The notes below the pieces were generated by a model. The model worked only from the letters and a program-made list of their open reading frames with translations, was not told the origin of the DNA and made no database searches. A DNA stretch of 64,000 nucleotides. It comes from Flavobacteriaceae bacterium (GTDB lineage Bacteria > Bacteroidota > Bacteroidia > Flavobacteriales > Flavobacteriaceae). This document shows positions 28,407 to 39,122 of this stretch, piece after piece (position 1 is the stretch's first letter; each line of letters begins with the position of its first letter). A program made the position numbers and the translations under genes. The stretch lies in assembly GCA_965659555.1 (NCBI GenBank), contig CBFHVY010000002.1:12287-76286 (forward strand), written 5' to 3'.

Positions 28407-29150
28407 ATGTCCCTTTTTGCGCTTGTTGGAAAGGATATAGCCTACTCCTTTTCTAGACGCTACTTTACGCAGAAGTTTGCCGATGAGAACATTGCAAATG
28501 CATCGTATGTTAACTTCGATATTGCTTCATTAGTGATGCTTCCCAAGCAACTTAAACAACATCAAGATCATTTAAAAGGGCTTAATGTTACTATTCCCTA
28601 CAAACAAGAAATCATTAGTTATCTCGATGAAATGGATGCTGCAGCGAGTGCTATTGGAGCCGTAAACACCATTCGAGTGTTGCCAAATGGTACCTTAAAG
28701 GGCTATAATACCGATAGTATTGGATTTAGAGATTCGCTTACTCCCTTATTACAACCCCATCATACCAAAGCACTTATTTTAGGAACAGGAGGGGCTTCAA
28801 AAGCGGTTGCATATGCATTGCAAGAGTTAGGAATAGCCTATCGTTTTGTTTCAAGAAATCCTAAGGACAATGAAATGCTGTCCTACCATAAACTCACCCC
28901 AGCATTACTGGAAGAGTATACTCTGCTCATCAACTGCTCACCTGTGGGCACTTATCCTAATACAGCAGACGCACCAGAACTTCCTTACCATGCACTTACT
29001 AGTGCTCACTTACTGTATGACCTGATTTATAACCCCGAAAAAACTACTTTTTTACAAAAAGGAGAAGTCAAGGGGGCCCAGCTTAAAAATGGTTATGAAA
29101 TGTTAGTGCTTCAAGCAGAGGCTTCTTGGCGTATTTGGAATACTACATAG
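28407..29150 (+). CDS. aroE: Shikimate dehydrogenase
   Basis: YSFSR, GLNVTIPYKQ, IGAVNTI, GYNTD, ILGTGGA, YDLIYNP. Start ATG 28407. Confidence 0.93.
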   Translation: MSLFALVGKDIAYSFSRRYFTQKFADENIANASYVNFDIASLVMLPKQLKQHQDHLKGLNVTIPYKQEIISYLDEMDAAASAIGAVNTIRVLPNGTLKGYNTDSIGFRDSLTPLLQPHHTKALILGTGGASKAVAYALQELGIAYRFVSRNPKDNEMLSYHKLTPALLEEYTLLINCSPVGTYPNTADAPELPYHALTSAHLLYDLIYNPEKTTFLQKGEVKGAQLKNGYEMLVLQAEASWRIWNTT

Positions 29151-29239
29151 TCTCTTTTATTATTTCTATAAGTTTTGTGGTTTTGTAAGTTGTGAGTATC
29201 TTTATAGACAAATAATTTGGAACCGTAAACATTGTATAT

Positions 29240-31183
29240 ATGTTAGAGAACAGCAAAGAAAAGGCACAGTCAAATGCTGAAACCCCTGTAAATCAAAATA
29301 ACCTAGAAGAGCACACTTCAGAAACTACAACTCCAGCTACTGAAGAAGTTACTGATGCTCCTACACCAACTGAAAATTCTTCTGAAGACAACGAGGCTGT
29401 TGAAGCTGTTGAAAATGAAGTGGCTAAAACGTCGGAAGACGATAGTGACGCTGAAGAGGAGAACGCAGGTGAGCAGGATAATAAAAGCGTTGCCTATGAT
29501 ACGCTAAGTCTTGAAGAACTAGTAGGCATGCTAGACCAATGCCTTAAAGAGGAGCCCATTCAGAAGATTAAATCGAAAACAGATGCTATTAAAGCGGCAT
29601 TCAATCAAAAATTTGGTGCATTGTTAGCCGAAAAGAAAGCACAGTTTTTAGCCGAAGGAGGTGAATCTATCGATTTTCAGTTCTCGAGTCCCATAAAAGC
29701 GACATACAATAGCTTGTTAGCAGAATACAAGAAAAAAAGAGATGCGTATTATGCCGAATTAGACACACAGCTTAAGGTAAATCTTGAAAAAAGAACGTTA
29801 GTTATTGAACAATTAAAGGAACTTATAGACCAAGCAGATACCAATACCATGTATAAGCAATTTAGAGAGTTGCAAAATTCATGGAGAAGCATAGGGCCTG
29901 TTCCCAAAACCAAATACAACGATACCTGGAAAATTTACCATCACCATGTAGAGCGTTTCTACGATCTATTACATTTAAGTAATGATTTTAGAGATTTAGA
30001 CTTTAAAAATAACTTAGAACAAAAACTTGAGTTAATTAAGAAAGCAGAAGCACTTATAGATGTTCAAGATGTTAACCTTGCCTTTAAGGAACTACAAGGC
30101 TTACATAAAGAATGGAAAGAAGATATTGGTCCTGTTGCAAAAGAGCTCCGCGAAGAGGTTTGGCAAAAGTTTAGTGCTGCCACCAAAAAGATTCACGATA
30201 AGAGACACGATTATTACAAATCGTTAAAGTCTCAAGTGCAAGAGATTATGGAGAAAAAGATGGCTGTTATAGAACAGATTAATGCCTACGATACCTCAAA
30301 AAATAAATCGCATAAAGATTGGCAAAAAAGCATTAAAGAAATAGAAGTGCTTCGTAAACAGTATTTCGACGCTGGTAAATTACCATATGCGAAAAGTTAA
30401 GAGGTATGGCAAAAATTTAAAAAAGCGACCAAAAAGTTTAATCATGAAAAAAACGCTTTTTACAAGTCAGAGAAATCAGGTCAACAAGAAAATCTCGAAA
30501 AAAAGAAAGCACTTGTAGCATTAGCCGAATCGTTAAAAGACAGTGAAGACTGGGAAGAGACTACAGAGAAATTTAAAAAGATTCAAGCCGATTGGAAAAA
30601 AATTGGACATGTACCTCGTAAATTTTCAGATACTATTTGGAAAGAGTTTAAAAATGCCTGTAACCATTACTTTGATCGCTTTCACAGTCAGAAAAATGAA
30701 TTGTCTAAAGAGCAACTCGCTTTAGTAGAGGAAAAGAAAGTGTTTTTAGAGAAGTTGACCTTTTCTAAAAAACCGACCAAAGAAGAGATTTTAGAAGTGA
30801 TGGAACAATGGAATGCCATTGGAACACCTCATAAAAGTGCTAAAAACTTAGATATTGCGTTTAATAAACAAATTGAAAAGCAATTAAGTGGATTAAGTTT
30901 ATCTGAGGAAGAGATTTCATTGCTAAAGTTTAAGAATATTGTTAATGGCTATGTTGCTGCAGAAAATATTAGAAAACTCGATGGCGAACAATCGTTTATT
31001 AGAAAGAAAATTGACGATTCAATTCGCGAAATTCAGCAATTAGAAAATAACTTGAGTTTTATCACCACATCATCAGACGATAATCCGTTTGTACAAAATG
31101 TAGAGAATAAAGTTACACAGATTAAGAAAGACTTAGAGGTTTGGCAACAGAAGTTAGCCTACTTAAAAACTCTCAACTATTAA
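29240..31183 (+). pseudogene. DUF349 repeat protein interrupted by one in-frame TAA at 30398-30400
   Basis: The frame continues without stops from 30401 (EVWQKFKKAT...WKKIGHVPRKFSDTIWKEFKNAC...) into the 30701-31183 ORF. Confidence 0.85.
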
Positions 31184-31196
31184 TATTAGTATAGTC

Positions 31197-31231
31197 AAAA
31201 AAAACGCGAAGCTTTAAGCTTCGCGTTTTTT
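31197..31231. terminator. Bidirectional terminator
   Basis: AAAAACGCGAAGCT-TTA-AGCTTCGCGTTTTT. Confidence 0.85.
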
Positions 31232-31248
31232 GTTTTTGTTTGTATTTC

Positions 31249-32022
31249 TTAAGAAAATAAACTGTCTATTTTCTCTTTTTCTTCGTTTGCTAAACCAGCA
31301 TCTACTAAGATACGTCCACTGTGCTCGTCTATGGTAATTTTCTTACGTGTAGCAATTTCTAATTGTACTTGTGGAGGAATAGTAAAGAACGATCCACCAG
31401 AAGCTCCTCTTTCGATAGAAACTACAGCTAAACCATTTTTAACCTTCTTTCTAATTCTTGTATAAGCCTGAAGTAAATGATCGTCTATAGACTCAGAAAA
31501 TTCGTTTGATTTTTTTTCTAATAAAGCTTCTTCTTTCTCAGTTTCTTTTAAGATAGCATCTAACTCTTTTTTCTTGTGATCTAAGTGTTGTTGTTGCTGT
31601 GCTAATTTCTCTTCAGTACTGGCAATGATTTCGTTTTTCTGCGCAATTTTTGCTTTGAATTCATTGATTCTTTTTTCAGCAAGTTGCATTTCTAAATCTT
31701 GGTATTCAATTTCTTTGCTTAAAGAATCGAATTCTCTATTGTTGCGAACTTTCTTCTGTTGCTCTTCGTATTTTTTGATCAACGCTTGCGCTTCAGAAAT
31801 GGCAATCTTTTTGTTGTTGATGTCGGTTTCTAAGTTAGCAACATCTTCAGCTAAGTTAGAAAGTCTTGTATTTAATCCGGCAACTTCATCTTCTAAGTCT
31901 TCTACTTCAAGAGGTAATTCTCCTCTCATATTACGAATCTCATCAATTCTAGAATCGATTAATTGAAGGTCGTAGAGCGCTCTTAATTTTTCTTCAACCG
32001 TTACTTCTTTCTTCTTTGCCAT
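31249..32022 (-). CDS. Coiled-coil protein with C4-type zinc-ribbon-like C-terminus (zf-RING_7 family), cysteine-less
   Basis: LQLIDSRIDEI, long coiled coil, then GLAVVSIERGASGGSFFTIPPQ...DEHSGRIL. Confidence 0.85.
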   Translation of the reverse strand: MAKKKEVTVEEKLRALYDLQLIDSRIDEIRNMRGELPLEVEDLEDEVAGLNTRLSNLAEDVANLETDINNKKIAISEAQALIKKYEEQQKKVRNNREFDSLSKEIEYQDLEMQLAEKRINEFKAKIAQKNEIIASTEEKLAQQQQHLDHKKKELDAILKETEKEEALLEKKSNEFSESIDDHLLQAYTRIRKKVKNGLAVVSIERGASGGSFFTIPPQVQLEIATRKKITIDEHSGRILVDAGLANEEKEKIDSLFS

Positions 32023-32024
32023 GT

Positions 32025-33119
32025 TTATATATAATAAATTGGATTTGTACTTTTTTGTGATAAAACGATTGCAAAATTAGTGAATTTTTTTGTAAGATAG
32101 TCAACCAAAAGATTTTTTGTAAACTGTTCACTTTCATAATGTCCAATATCAGCTAGCAAGATGCGTCCTTCTGCTTTAAAAAAATCGTGATACTTAAAAT
32201 CTGCACTTACATAAGCATCTGCTTTTACACGGATTGCCTGATCTATGGCAAAACTTCCCGAACCTCCTAAAACGGCCACTGTTTTGATAGGTCTATTGAG
32301 TGCTTGTGTATGCCTAATCATGTCGGTTTGCATGTGCTCTTTTAGATACCCTAAAAAATGGTTGGTATCCATGGGTTCAGGGAGCTCTCCAACCATACCC
32401 ATGCCAATATCGTTGTGGATATTTTCTGTTTTTATAAGTTCGTAGGCTACCGCTTCATAGGGGTGCGCTTCAAATAGTGCCTTTAAAACTGCAGCGGTGT
32501 ATTGATCTTCAAAAACCACTTGTAGTTGTACTTCTTCTGTGCTGTGTAATTTCCCTGGAGTGCCCAGTGTTGGATTTGCGTCTTCATGAGGTAAAAAACT
32601 TCCAATACCCTGACTGGTAAAACTGCACTGACTGTATTTTCCAATACTACCAGCACCAGCAGCAAACAATGCGTTTCTTACTGTGTCTATATGTTCTTGA
32701 GGAACATAAGTACTCAGCTTTTGAATGAGGTGTTTTTTTGGGACTAAAATATGGGTGTTTTTCAGTTGTAAAACACTGGCTATCTTAGCCGAGACTCCCT
32801 CTTTACTATTGTCTAAGGCAGTATGGGTAGCGTAAATAGCAATATTGTTTTGAATCGCCTTAAGTACCACTCGTTCTACATAGTTTTTACCGGTGATTTT
32901 TTTAAGACCACTAAAAATAATTGGATGAAAACTAACAATGAGATTACAGTTTTTGCCAATGGCCTCATCTACAGTTTCCTCCAAGGTGTCTAGGGTTACC
33001 AGAACTCCACGAACTTGGGTGGCTGCATCTCCTACAAGAAGCCCTACATTGTCAAAATCTTCTGCGTAATGTAATGGGGCTACTTCTTCTATGGCTTTAG
33101 TAACATCAGAAATGGTCAT
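32025..33119 (-). CDS. Nif3-like dinuclear metal centre protein
   Basis: DFDNVGLLVG, SFHPIIF, HTALDN, HPYE, DIGHYESEQF. Confidence 0.92.
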   Translation of the reverse strand: MTISDVTKAIEEVAPLHYAEDFDNVGLLVGDAATQVRGVLVTLDTLEETVDEAIGKNCNLIVSFHPIIFSGLKKITGKNYVERVVLKAIQNNIAIYATHTALDNSKEGVSAKIASVLQLKNTHILVPKKHLIQKLSTYVPQEHIDTVRNALFAAGAGSIGKYSQCSFTSQGIGSFLPHEDANPTLGTPGKLHSTEEVQLQVVFEDQYTAAVLKALFEAHPYEAVAYELIKTENIHNDIGMGMVGELPEPMDTNHFLGYLKEHMQTDMIRHTQALNRPIKTVAVLGGSGSFAIDQAIRVKADAYVSADFKYHDFFKAEGRILLADIGHYESEQFTKNLLVDYLTKKFTNFAIVLSQKSTNPIYYI

Positions 33120-33184
33120 ATGATCATGTTTTTAGTATCGCTGTTGCGTAGCCAAAGTTAAGATTTTTAATTACTTTCGTTCTA

Positions 33185-34207
33185 ATGAAATTACTTCGAT
33201 TTTTACTGTTTCCTTTTGCAATACTGTACGGATTGGTAACGAGCCTTAGAAATGCCATGTTTAATGCTGGTTTATTCAAGGCTACTTCTTTTTCGTTTCC
33301 AGTAATTGTTATTGGTAATCTATCTACGGGAGGAACAGGAAAATCACCCATGACTGAATATGTGATTCGACTCTTAAAAAAACAGTATACATTAGCCGTA
33401 TTGAGTAGAGGGTATAAAAGGAAAACTTCAGGATTTTTAGAGGTTCAAGCAATACATGACGCGAAAGATGTGGGAGACGAGCCTTTACAGTTTTATAAAA
33501 AATTTAAGGATATTACTGTAGCTGTTCACGAAGATAGGGTAGCGGGGATTCGTCAATTAGAAAAAACAAAGCAACCCGAGGTAGTGGTGCTAGATGATGC
33601 ATTTCAGCACAGGAAATTAAAGGCAGGATTTTATATTCTTTTAACCCCTTATGACGATTTGTTTTTAGATGATTTTCTTTTGCCTATGGGGAACTTAAGA
33701 GAATTGAGAGTTGGCGCAAGAAGAGCAGATTGTATTGTAGTAACCAAATGTCCTGACCATTGTGGTGTGGCAGAGCAAGAAGCACTTTCTAAACGGATAC
33801 AACAACACTTTAATGTTCCTGTGTATTTTAGCAGTATTCGATATGCGAGTACCTTACATGGGGCTTCAAATGGACTTCAGGTTGCGTCTCTTTCAGAGTA
33901 TACGGTGTTGTTGGTAACAGGCGTTGCAAACCCTAAGCCTCTTTCTGAATTTTTATCAAGTCAACAGTTTGATGTTATCCATTTACAATATCCAGATCAT
34001 CACGATTTTTCTTCTGCAGACCTTACCAAGATTACCAAAGTATTTAAGGGTATTCCTACTGCCAACAAACTTATTCTTACTACAGAAAAAGATTTTATGC
34101 GCTTAGAAGGTAAGCTTCCTCAGTTACAGTATTTAGCTATTGAAACGGTATTTATGGCTCAAGGAGACCAATTTGATGAGCACCTTTTAGACTTCTGCGC
34201 TCGCTAA
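33185..34207 (+). CDS. lpxK: Tetraacyldisaccharide 4'-kinase
   Basis: IGNLSTGGTGKSP, LSRGYKR, GDEP, LDDAFQH, LPMGNLRE, TTEKD. Confidence 0.95.
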   Translation: MKLLRFLLFPFAILYGLVTSLRNAMFNAGLFKATSFSFPVIVIGNLSTGGTGKSPMTEYVIRLLKKQYTLAVLSRGYKRKTSGFLEVQAIHDAKDVGDEPLQFYKKFKDITVAVHEDRVAGIRQLEKTKQPEVVVLDDAFQHRKLKAGFYILLTPYDDLFLDDFLLPMGNLRELRVGARRADCIVVTKCPDHCGVAEQEALSKRIQQHFNVPVYFSSIRYASTLHGASNGLQVASLSEYTVLLVTGVANPKPLSEFLSSQQFDVIHLQYPDHHDFSSADLTKITKVFKGIPTANKLILTTEKDFMRLEGKLPQLQYLAIETVFMAQGDQFDEHLLDFCAR

Positions 34208-34228
34208 TATTTACTAAGAAGTGTATTC

Positions 34229-35131
34229 TTAGATGGTGTTAAAGTAAATGCTTTTAATGATACCGTCTGCTAAACCTATTTTTGGAACATAAATTTTTCG
34301 AGCACCACTCCATTTCATGGCAGATAAATAGATTTTGGTGGCTGGAATAATAACATCGGCTCGATCTGGGTTTAAACTTAATTCTGAAATACGATCTTCG
34401 TAGCTCATTTTCTTTAAAAACTGGTATTGAGCATCGAGATAAATAAAAGAAATAGGTTTCCCTTCTTTTCTGCCCGAGAGTTTAAACAGTTTGTTGATGT
34501 TTCCTCCCGAACCAATTAATGAAATCTTTTTAAAGGGTGCTGTATGGGTTTTAATCCATTGCTCCACTTCTTTAAAGATTTCTTTATTTTTTGCTTTTGG
34601 GTTATTCAGTAATCGAACGGTACCCATTTTAAACGATTTAGATTTTACGATTTTCCCCTTAGAAAATATAGTAAACTCTGTACTTCCTCCACCTACATCT
34701 ACATATAAGTAAGAGGCATCACTTTCTATCAATTCGTTAAGGTCTGTAGAAGAAATGATGGCCGCTTCTTCCTTTCCTGTAATGATGTCGATTTTTACGT
34801 TAGTTTTATCAAAAATTTCATTAGCGACATCTTGTCCATTCTCAGATTCACGAAGTGCCGAAGTAGCACAAGCCTTGTACTTTTCTACACCATGAACATG
34901 CATTAATAACTTAAAGGCTTCTAAGGCATCAATCATTCTGTTGGTATTGCCCTTACTTATTTTGCCAGAAACAAAAGTGTCGGCACCTAAACGAATTGGG
35001 ACACGTACTAAAGCAGATTTTCTAAACTGCGTTTCCTTTCCTTCCGATTCAATAACGTTCGCTATTAACAAGCGTATGGCATTGGAACCAATATCTATCG
35101 CAGCATATTTTTTAATATTCAACACAGGCAA
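34229..35131 (-). CDS. ppx: Ppx/GppA exopolyphosphatase
   Basis: AAIDIGSNAIRL, CATSALRE, GKEEA, DVGGGSTE, IGLADG. Confidence 0.9.
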   Translation of the reverse strand: MPVLNIKKYAAIDIGSNAIRLLIANVIESEGKETQFRKSALVRVPIRLGADTFVSGKISKGNTNRMIDALEAFKLLMHVHGVEKYKACATSALRESENGQDVANEIFDKTNVKIDIITGKEEAAIISSTDLNELIESDASYLYVDVGGGSTEFTIFSKGKIVKSKSFKMGTVRLLNNPKAKNKEIFKEVEQWIKTHTAPFKKISLIGSGGNINKLFKLSGRKEGKPISFIYLDAQYQFLKKMSYEDRISELSLNPDRADVIIPATKIYLSAMKWSGARKIYVPKIGLADGIIKSIYFNTI

Positions 35132-35134
35132 TGC

Positions 35135-35623
35135 TTATTTGTGGTCTTTTGGGTTTTCTGTTAAAATAGTGATTCCAGATTTAATGTTTTTCCAGTGTTT
35201 TTCGTCGAATTGAATACCAATAATTCCACATGTAGGTACGTGAGCAATGGGTTTACTTCCAAATTTATTGACAAAGGTGTTTATCCCATGATCATGACTG
35301 AAGATGATGGCTGAACTAAAACCGTCGTCTAGGGCTTTGACTGTTTTTACCAAATATCCATCACTAAAGCTATACAGTTGCTTTTTAATTTTTAGATTGG
35401 ATAATGGATAATCAAAATTTTCACAGAAAATAACAGCAGTGTGTAATGCTCTATTTGCGCTACTAGAAACAAAAACATCAGGTTTTGTTATTTGTTCGCT
35501 CAGTATTTTAGACATCATATGTGCGTCTTTAATACCTCTTTGCTTTAGGGGTCTATCGATATCTTCAATTTTAGGATAGTCCCAAGATGATTTTGCGTGG
35601 CGTACAATGTACAATGTTTTCAT
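35135..35623 (-). CDS. SixA-family histidine phosphatase
   Basis: IVRHAKSSW, DRPL..RG, SSANRALHTA. Confidence 0.88.
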   Translation of the reverse strand: MKTLYIVRHAKSSWDYPKIEDIDRPLKQRGIKDAHMMSKILSEQITKPDVFVSSSANRALHTAVIFCENFDYPLSNLKIKKQLYSFSDGYLVKTVKALDDGFSSAIIFSHDHGINTFVNKFGSKPIAHVPTCGIIGIQFDEKHWKNIKSGITILTENPKDHK

Positions 35624-35657
35624 AAAAACGACCTTAAGGGGTTGAAAATATAAAATT

Positions 35658-36305
35658 TTAAGGAGCTAATCGTTCTAATTTCCAAGAAAAATCTTCTTGC
35701 AAGCTATATCTAATTCTATCGTGCATTCTATTGGGTCTTCCTTGCCAAAATTCTATAGATACTGGCTCTACTAAAAATCCGCCCCAATGTGGAGGTCTAG
35801 GAATCTCTTTTCCTTCGAATTGTTTTCCGAATTCGTGTAAGCGTTCCTCTAGATAAGCTCTTGAGGGCACAACCTCACTTTGACTCGATGCCCAGGCACC
35901 TAGTTTACTGCCATCGGGTCTAGATTCAAAATACCCATCCGAAAGGTTTTCAGCGAGTTTTCTAGCTTTTCCTTTAATGATGATTTGTTGTTCTAAAGCG
36001 CCCCAAAAAAAAGACAAGCAAATGTTTGGATTGGCTAGAATTGCGGTTCCTTTTTCAGACGTATAATTGGTGTAAAATACAAAGCCTTCCCAAGTGTATT
36101 TTTTGAGTAAAACAACTCTGCTTTTCGGAAATCCATCTGCGCCAATTGCACTTACGGTCATTGCATTTGTTTCTCCAACAGTGTTCGAATTGTCGGCATT
36201 GATAAACCATTGCTGAAAAAGCTCCATGGGGTTTTCAGGACAGTGCTCTTCAAGTAGTTCGTGTTTTTCGTATGACTTTCTGTAGTCGCTTAAATCTTTT
36301 GCCAT
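35658..36305 (-). CDS. pdxH: Pyridoxamine 5'-phosphate oxidase
   Basis: SRVVLLK, FYTNYTSEKG, EFWQGRPNRMHDR. Confidence 0.96.
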   Translation of the reverse strand: MAKDLSDYRKSYEKHELLEEHCPENPMELFQQWFINADNSNTVGETNAMTVSAIGADGFPKSRVVLLKKYTWEGFVFYTNYTSEKGTAILANPNICLSFFWGALEQQIIIKGKARKLAENLSDGYFESRPDGSKLGAWASSQSEVVPSRAYLEERLHEFGKQFEGKEIPRPPHWGGFLVEPVSIEFWQGRPNRMHDRIRYSLQEDFSWKLERLAP

Positions 36306-36361
36306 GCTTGCTTTTATAAGACAGGTAAAAATACAACTTATTTAAGTTTTAAGAAACTTAT

Positions 36362-37798
36362 TTAGTTTTTACGTTTACACAAGAGTAGTCCTAAAAAGGT
36401 ATAGCATCCATTGAGGACTAACACAAAAAACTCAAAGTCAAATTGTGCATAGTGTATCGTTGCATAATTGGTTGCGTAGGTGAGTATTGGAGCGGCAATA
36501 CAGATATACGGAACCGCCTTATCATATACCTTCCATTGTGTAAATAAACCAAAAGCATACAGCCCTAAAAGAGGTCCGTAAGTGTAGCCTGCAAATTGAA
36601 ATATTTTAGCAATGACACTCTCGTCAGCGATAAAGTATTTAAATATTAAAATGGTGATGATTAGGATTACTGAAAATAATACATGACTTTTCTTTCTCGA
36701 GACTTCTTGCTCTTTGGGGGTTTTCTTTTTGTCGATTTCTAAAATATCAATACTGTACGATGTTGTAAGTGAAGTTAGCGCAGAATCTGCACTAGAGTAG
36801 GCTGCTGCAATTAAGCCTAACACAAAAAACAAAGCAGTTGCTATACCCAAAGACCCACTTGAGGCTACTAAAGGAAAGAGTTCATCTTTGTGTGCATCAA
36901 GTCCGTTTTGAGCAGCATAGGCTGTGAGTAAAACACCGAGTGCCAAAAAGAAAAAGTTGACCACTACCAAGACTATGGTAAACCAAAACATGTTTTTTTG
37001 AGCATCTTTTAGGTTTCTACACGTAAGGTTTTTCTGCATCATATCTTGGTCAAGCCCAGTCATAACTACTGCAATAAATGCTCCTGACAAAAAGCGTTTC
37101 CAAAAATAATTTCCTGTTTTCCAATCGTCGAAAAAGAAGATTTGAGAATGTTCGTTTTCGAAGACGTACTCAAAAAGATTGTCGATTTGTAAAGCATCTG
37201 ATACCGTGTAAATACAAACGCCAACAGCAATAAGCATAAATAAGGTTTGCAATGTATCTGTCCAAACAATGGTTTTAATTCCTCCCTTAAAGGTATAGAG
37301 CCAAATGAGTAGAATGGTAATAATCACAGTCAGCCAAAAAGGAATGCCATATTCATCAAATAACAGTAATTGCAATACATTAGCTACTAAGAAGAGTCTA
37401 AAGGCTGCACCAATAGTTCGAGAAAGTAAAAAAAAGGCTGCTCCTGTTTTATAAGAATAGGCTCCAAATCGATCTTCGAGATAGGTGTAAATTGAGGTGA
37501 GGTTTAAACGGTAGTATAATGGTAATAAAATAAGTCCTATAATAGCATAACCCACCACATAGCCAAATACCATTTGCATATAGCTCAACGATTGGGTTTC
37601 TACCCACCCAGGCACCGATATAAAAGTGACTCCAGAGAGGGAGGCTCCAATCATTCCAAAGGCCACTAAATACCATGGCGATTGATTGTTGGCCTTAAAG
37701 AAGGTTGCATTGGTTGCTTTTTTTCCAGTGAGAAAAGAGATGAAAATTAATACCCCAAAATAGCATACGATAAGGAGTAATATGTGAAGTGGCTGCAT
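36362..37798 (-). CDS. Sodium:solute symporter
   Basis: Many TMs, GASLSGVTFISVPG, GGIKTIVWTDTLQ, GLDQDMMQKNL. Confidence 0.9.
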   Translation of the reverse strand: MQPLHILLLIVCYFGVLIFISFLTGKKATNATFFKANNQSPWYLVAFGMIGASLSGVTFISVPGWVETQSLSYMQMVFGYVVGYAIIGLILLPLYYRLNLTSIYTYLEDRFGAYSYKTGAAFFLLSRTIGAAFRLFLVANVLQLLLFDEYGIPFWLTVIITILLIWLYTFKGGIKTIVWTDTLQTLFMLIAVGVCIYTVSDALQIDNLFEYVFENEHSQIFFFDDWKTGNYFWKRFLSGAFIAVVMTGLDQDMMQKNLTCRNLKDAQKNMFWFTIVLVVVNFFFLALGVLLTAYAAQNGLDAHKDELFPLVASSGSLGIATALFFVLGLIAAAYSSADSALTSLTTSYSIDILEIDKKKTPKEQEVSRKKSHVLFSVILIITILIFKYFIADESVIAKIFQFAGYTYGPLLGLYAFGLFTQWKVYDKAVPYICIAAPILTYATNYATIHYAQFDFEFFVLVLNGCYTFLGLLLCKRKN

Positions 37799-37920
37799 AA
37801 ATTCAATTTCTGAATTACGAATATAATGTTTAATTTGGAGTTGCGATTATTGATTCTAATTCAAAGATGGATTCGTAAAATTTTACCCATAAAAACATGG
37901 GGCATACGTGAGTAATATTG

Positions 37921-37928
37921 TAAATTTG
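37921..37928 (+). promoter_or_regulatory. Possible -7 element immediately before recR
   Basis: TAAATTTG ends 5 nt before the ATG, which would imply a very short or leaderless 5' UTR. Confidence 0.35.
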
Positions 37929-37933
37929 CCTTC

Positions 37934-38551
37934 ATGGAATTTTCATCTAAACTATTAGAAAACGCGGTAAATGAAATTTCTCGTTTACCAGGTATTGGTA
38001 AGCGAACCGCATTGCGTTTGGTGTTGCATTTACTCAAGCAACCTAAAGAAAATACAGGCTATTTAACCACAGCATTAACCAACCTCAGAAACGATATTAA
38101 TACCTGTTCTAAATGCTATAATATTTCAGATACTACGACCTGTGATATTTGTGCGAGTGCCAATCGAAATCATGAGTTGGTATGTGTAGTAGAAGATATT
38201 AGAGATGTTATGGCTATTGAAAGTACATCTCAATATAGAGGTGTTTATCATGTGTTAGGAGGTAAAATTTCTCCAATGGAAGGTATTGGACCTCAAAATT
38301 TACAAATAGAAAGTCTTGTTGAACGTGTGCAATCGGGAGCCGTAAAAGAAATTATATTTGCCTTGAGCTCAACGATGGAAGGCGATACCACGAACTTTTA
38401 CATCTTTAAGCAAATTGAGTCTTTTGATGTATTAACCTCAACCATTGCTAGAGGAATATCTGTAGGAGATGAATTAGAATACGCCGATGAGGTAACCTTA
38501 GGAAGAAGTATTGTAAATAGAATTCCGTTTGAAAACTCTCTCAAGCACTAG
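37934..38551 (+). CDS. recR: Recombination protein RecR
   Basis: [12 protein letters not shown]4 zinc finger, CVVE, Toprim EGDTT, ADEVTL. Confidence 0.96.
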   Translation: MEFSSKLLENAVNEISRLPGIGKRTALRLVLHLLKQPKENTGYLTTALTNLRNDINTCSKCYNISDTTTCDICASANRNHELVCVVEDIRDVMAIESTSQYRGVYHVLGGKISPMEGIGPQNLQIESLVERVQSGAVKEIIFALSSTMEGDTTNFYIFKQIESFDVLTSTIARGISVGDELEYADEVTLGRSIVNRIPFENSLKH

Positions 38552-39117
38552 TCTTCTTGTAAAGTATCGTCGGTATCCCAACTTTTTTTTGCTCTCAATT
38601 TTTTATAGAGTTTTATAGAAAGCATTAACAGTACTCCGAAAAGGAGAATTCCTATAACACCCCAAATCCAATTAATAGCACTTTTTAAGACTACTAAAAA
38701 TACAATGGCAAAGAGTAAAAGTGTGGCCACTTCATTCCAAAGTCTGAGTTTAAATGCAGAAGATTTGAGTTGGTCTTTTTGTAATTGATTGTAGATTTTT
38801 TGACAGGCTCCGTGGTAAAAATACAAGGCAAACACAAAGCTTAATTTTACGTGCATCCAGCCCATTAACAGATAATCGGGTTGTAGGTAGAGCATCCAAA
38901 ACGCAAAGAGACTTGCCAAAACTGCCGATGGCCACGTAATAATATACCAAAGACGTTTACTCATTAACTTGTATTGCTGCTGTAAAATTCTTTTAGCAGG
39001 TTCTTCTTTTTGAGCTGCTTCAGCATAATAAATAAATAAACGCACAATATAAAAGAGACCAGCAAACCAGGTCACAACAAATATGATATGCAGGGCTTTT
39101 ATGTATAAGAAATTCAT
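38548..39117 (-). CDS. hemJ: Protoporphyrinogen IX oxidase HemJ
   Basis: [35 protein letters not shown]. Confidence 0.9.
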   Translation of the reverse strand: MNFLYIKALHIIFVVTWFAGLFYIVRLFIYYAEAAQKEEPAKRILQQQYKLMSKRLWYIITWPSAVLASLFAFWMLYLQPDYLLMGWMHVKLSFVFALYFYHGACQKIYNQLQKDQLKSSAFKLRLWNEVATLLLFAIVFLVVLKSAINWIWGVIGILLFGVLLMLSIKLYKKLRAKKSWDTDDTLQED

Positions 39118-39122
39118 AAGTT

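Noticed and set aside
30398-30400. Selenocysteine, pyrrolysine or alternative genetic code at the DUF349 stop
   Set aside because: The codon is TAA, not TGA or TAG, and TAA terminates many clearly intact genes in this window.
30543-30725. 60-aa ORF within the DUF349 gap
   Set aside because: It is out of frame with the DUF349 reading frame, which is itself open across this stretch.
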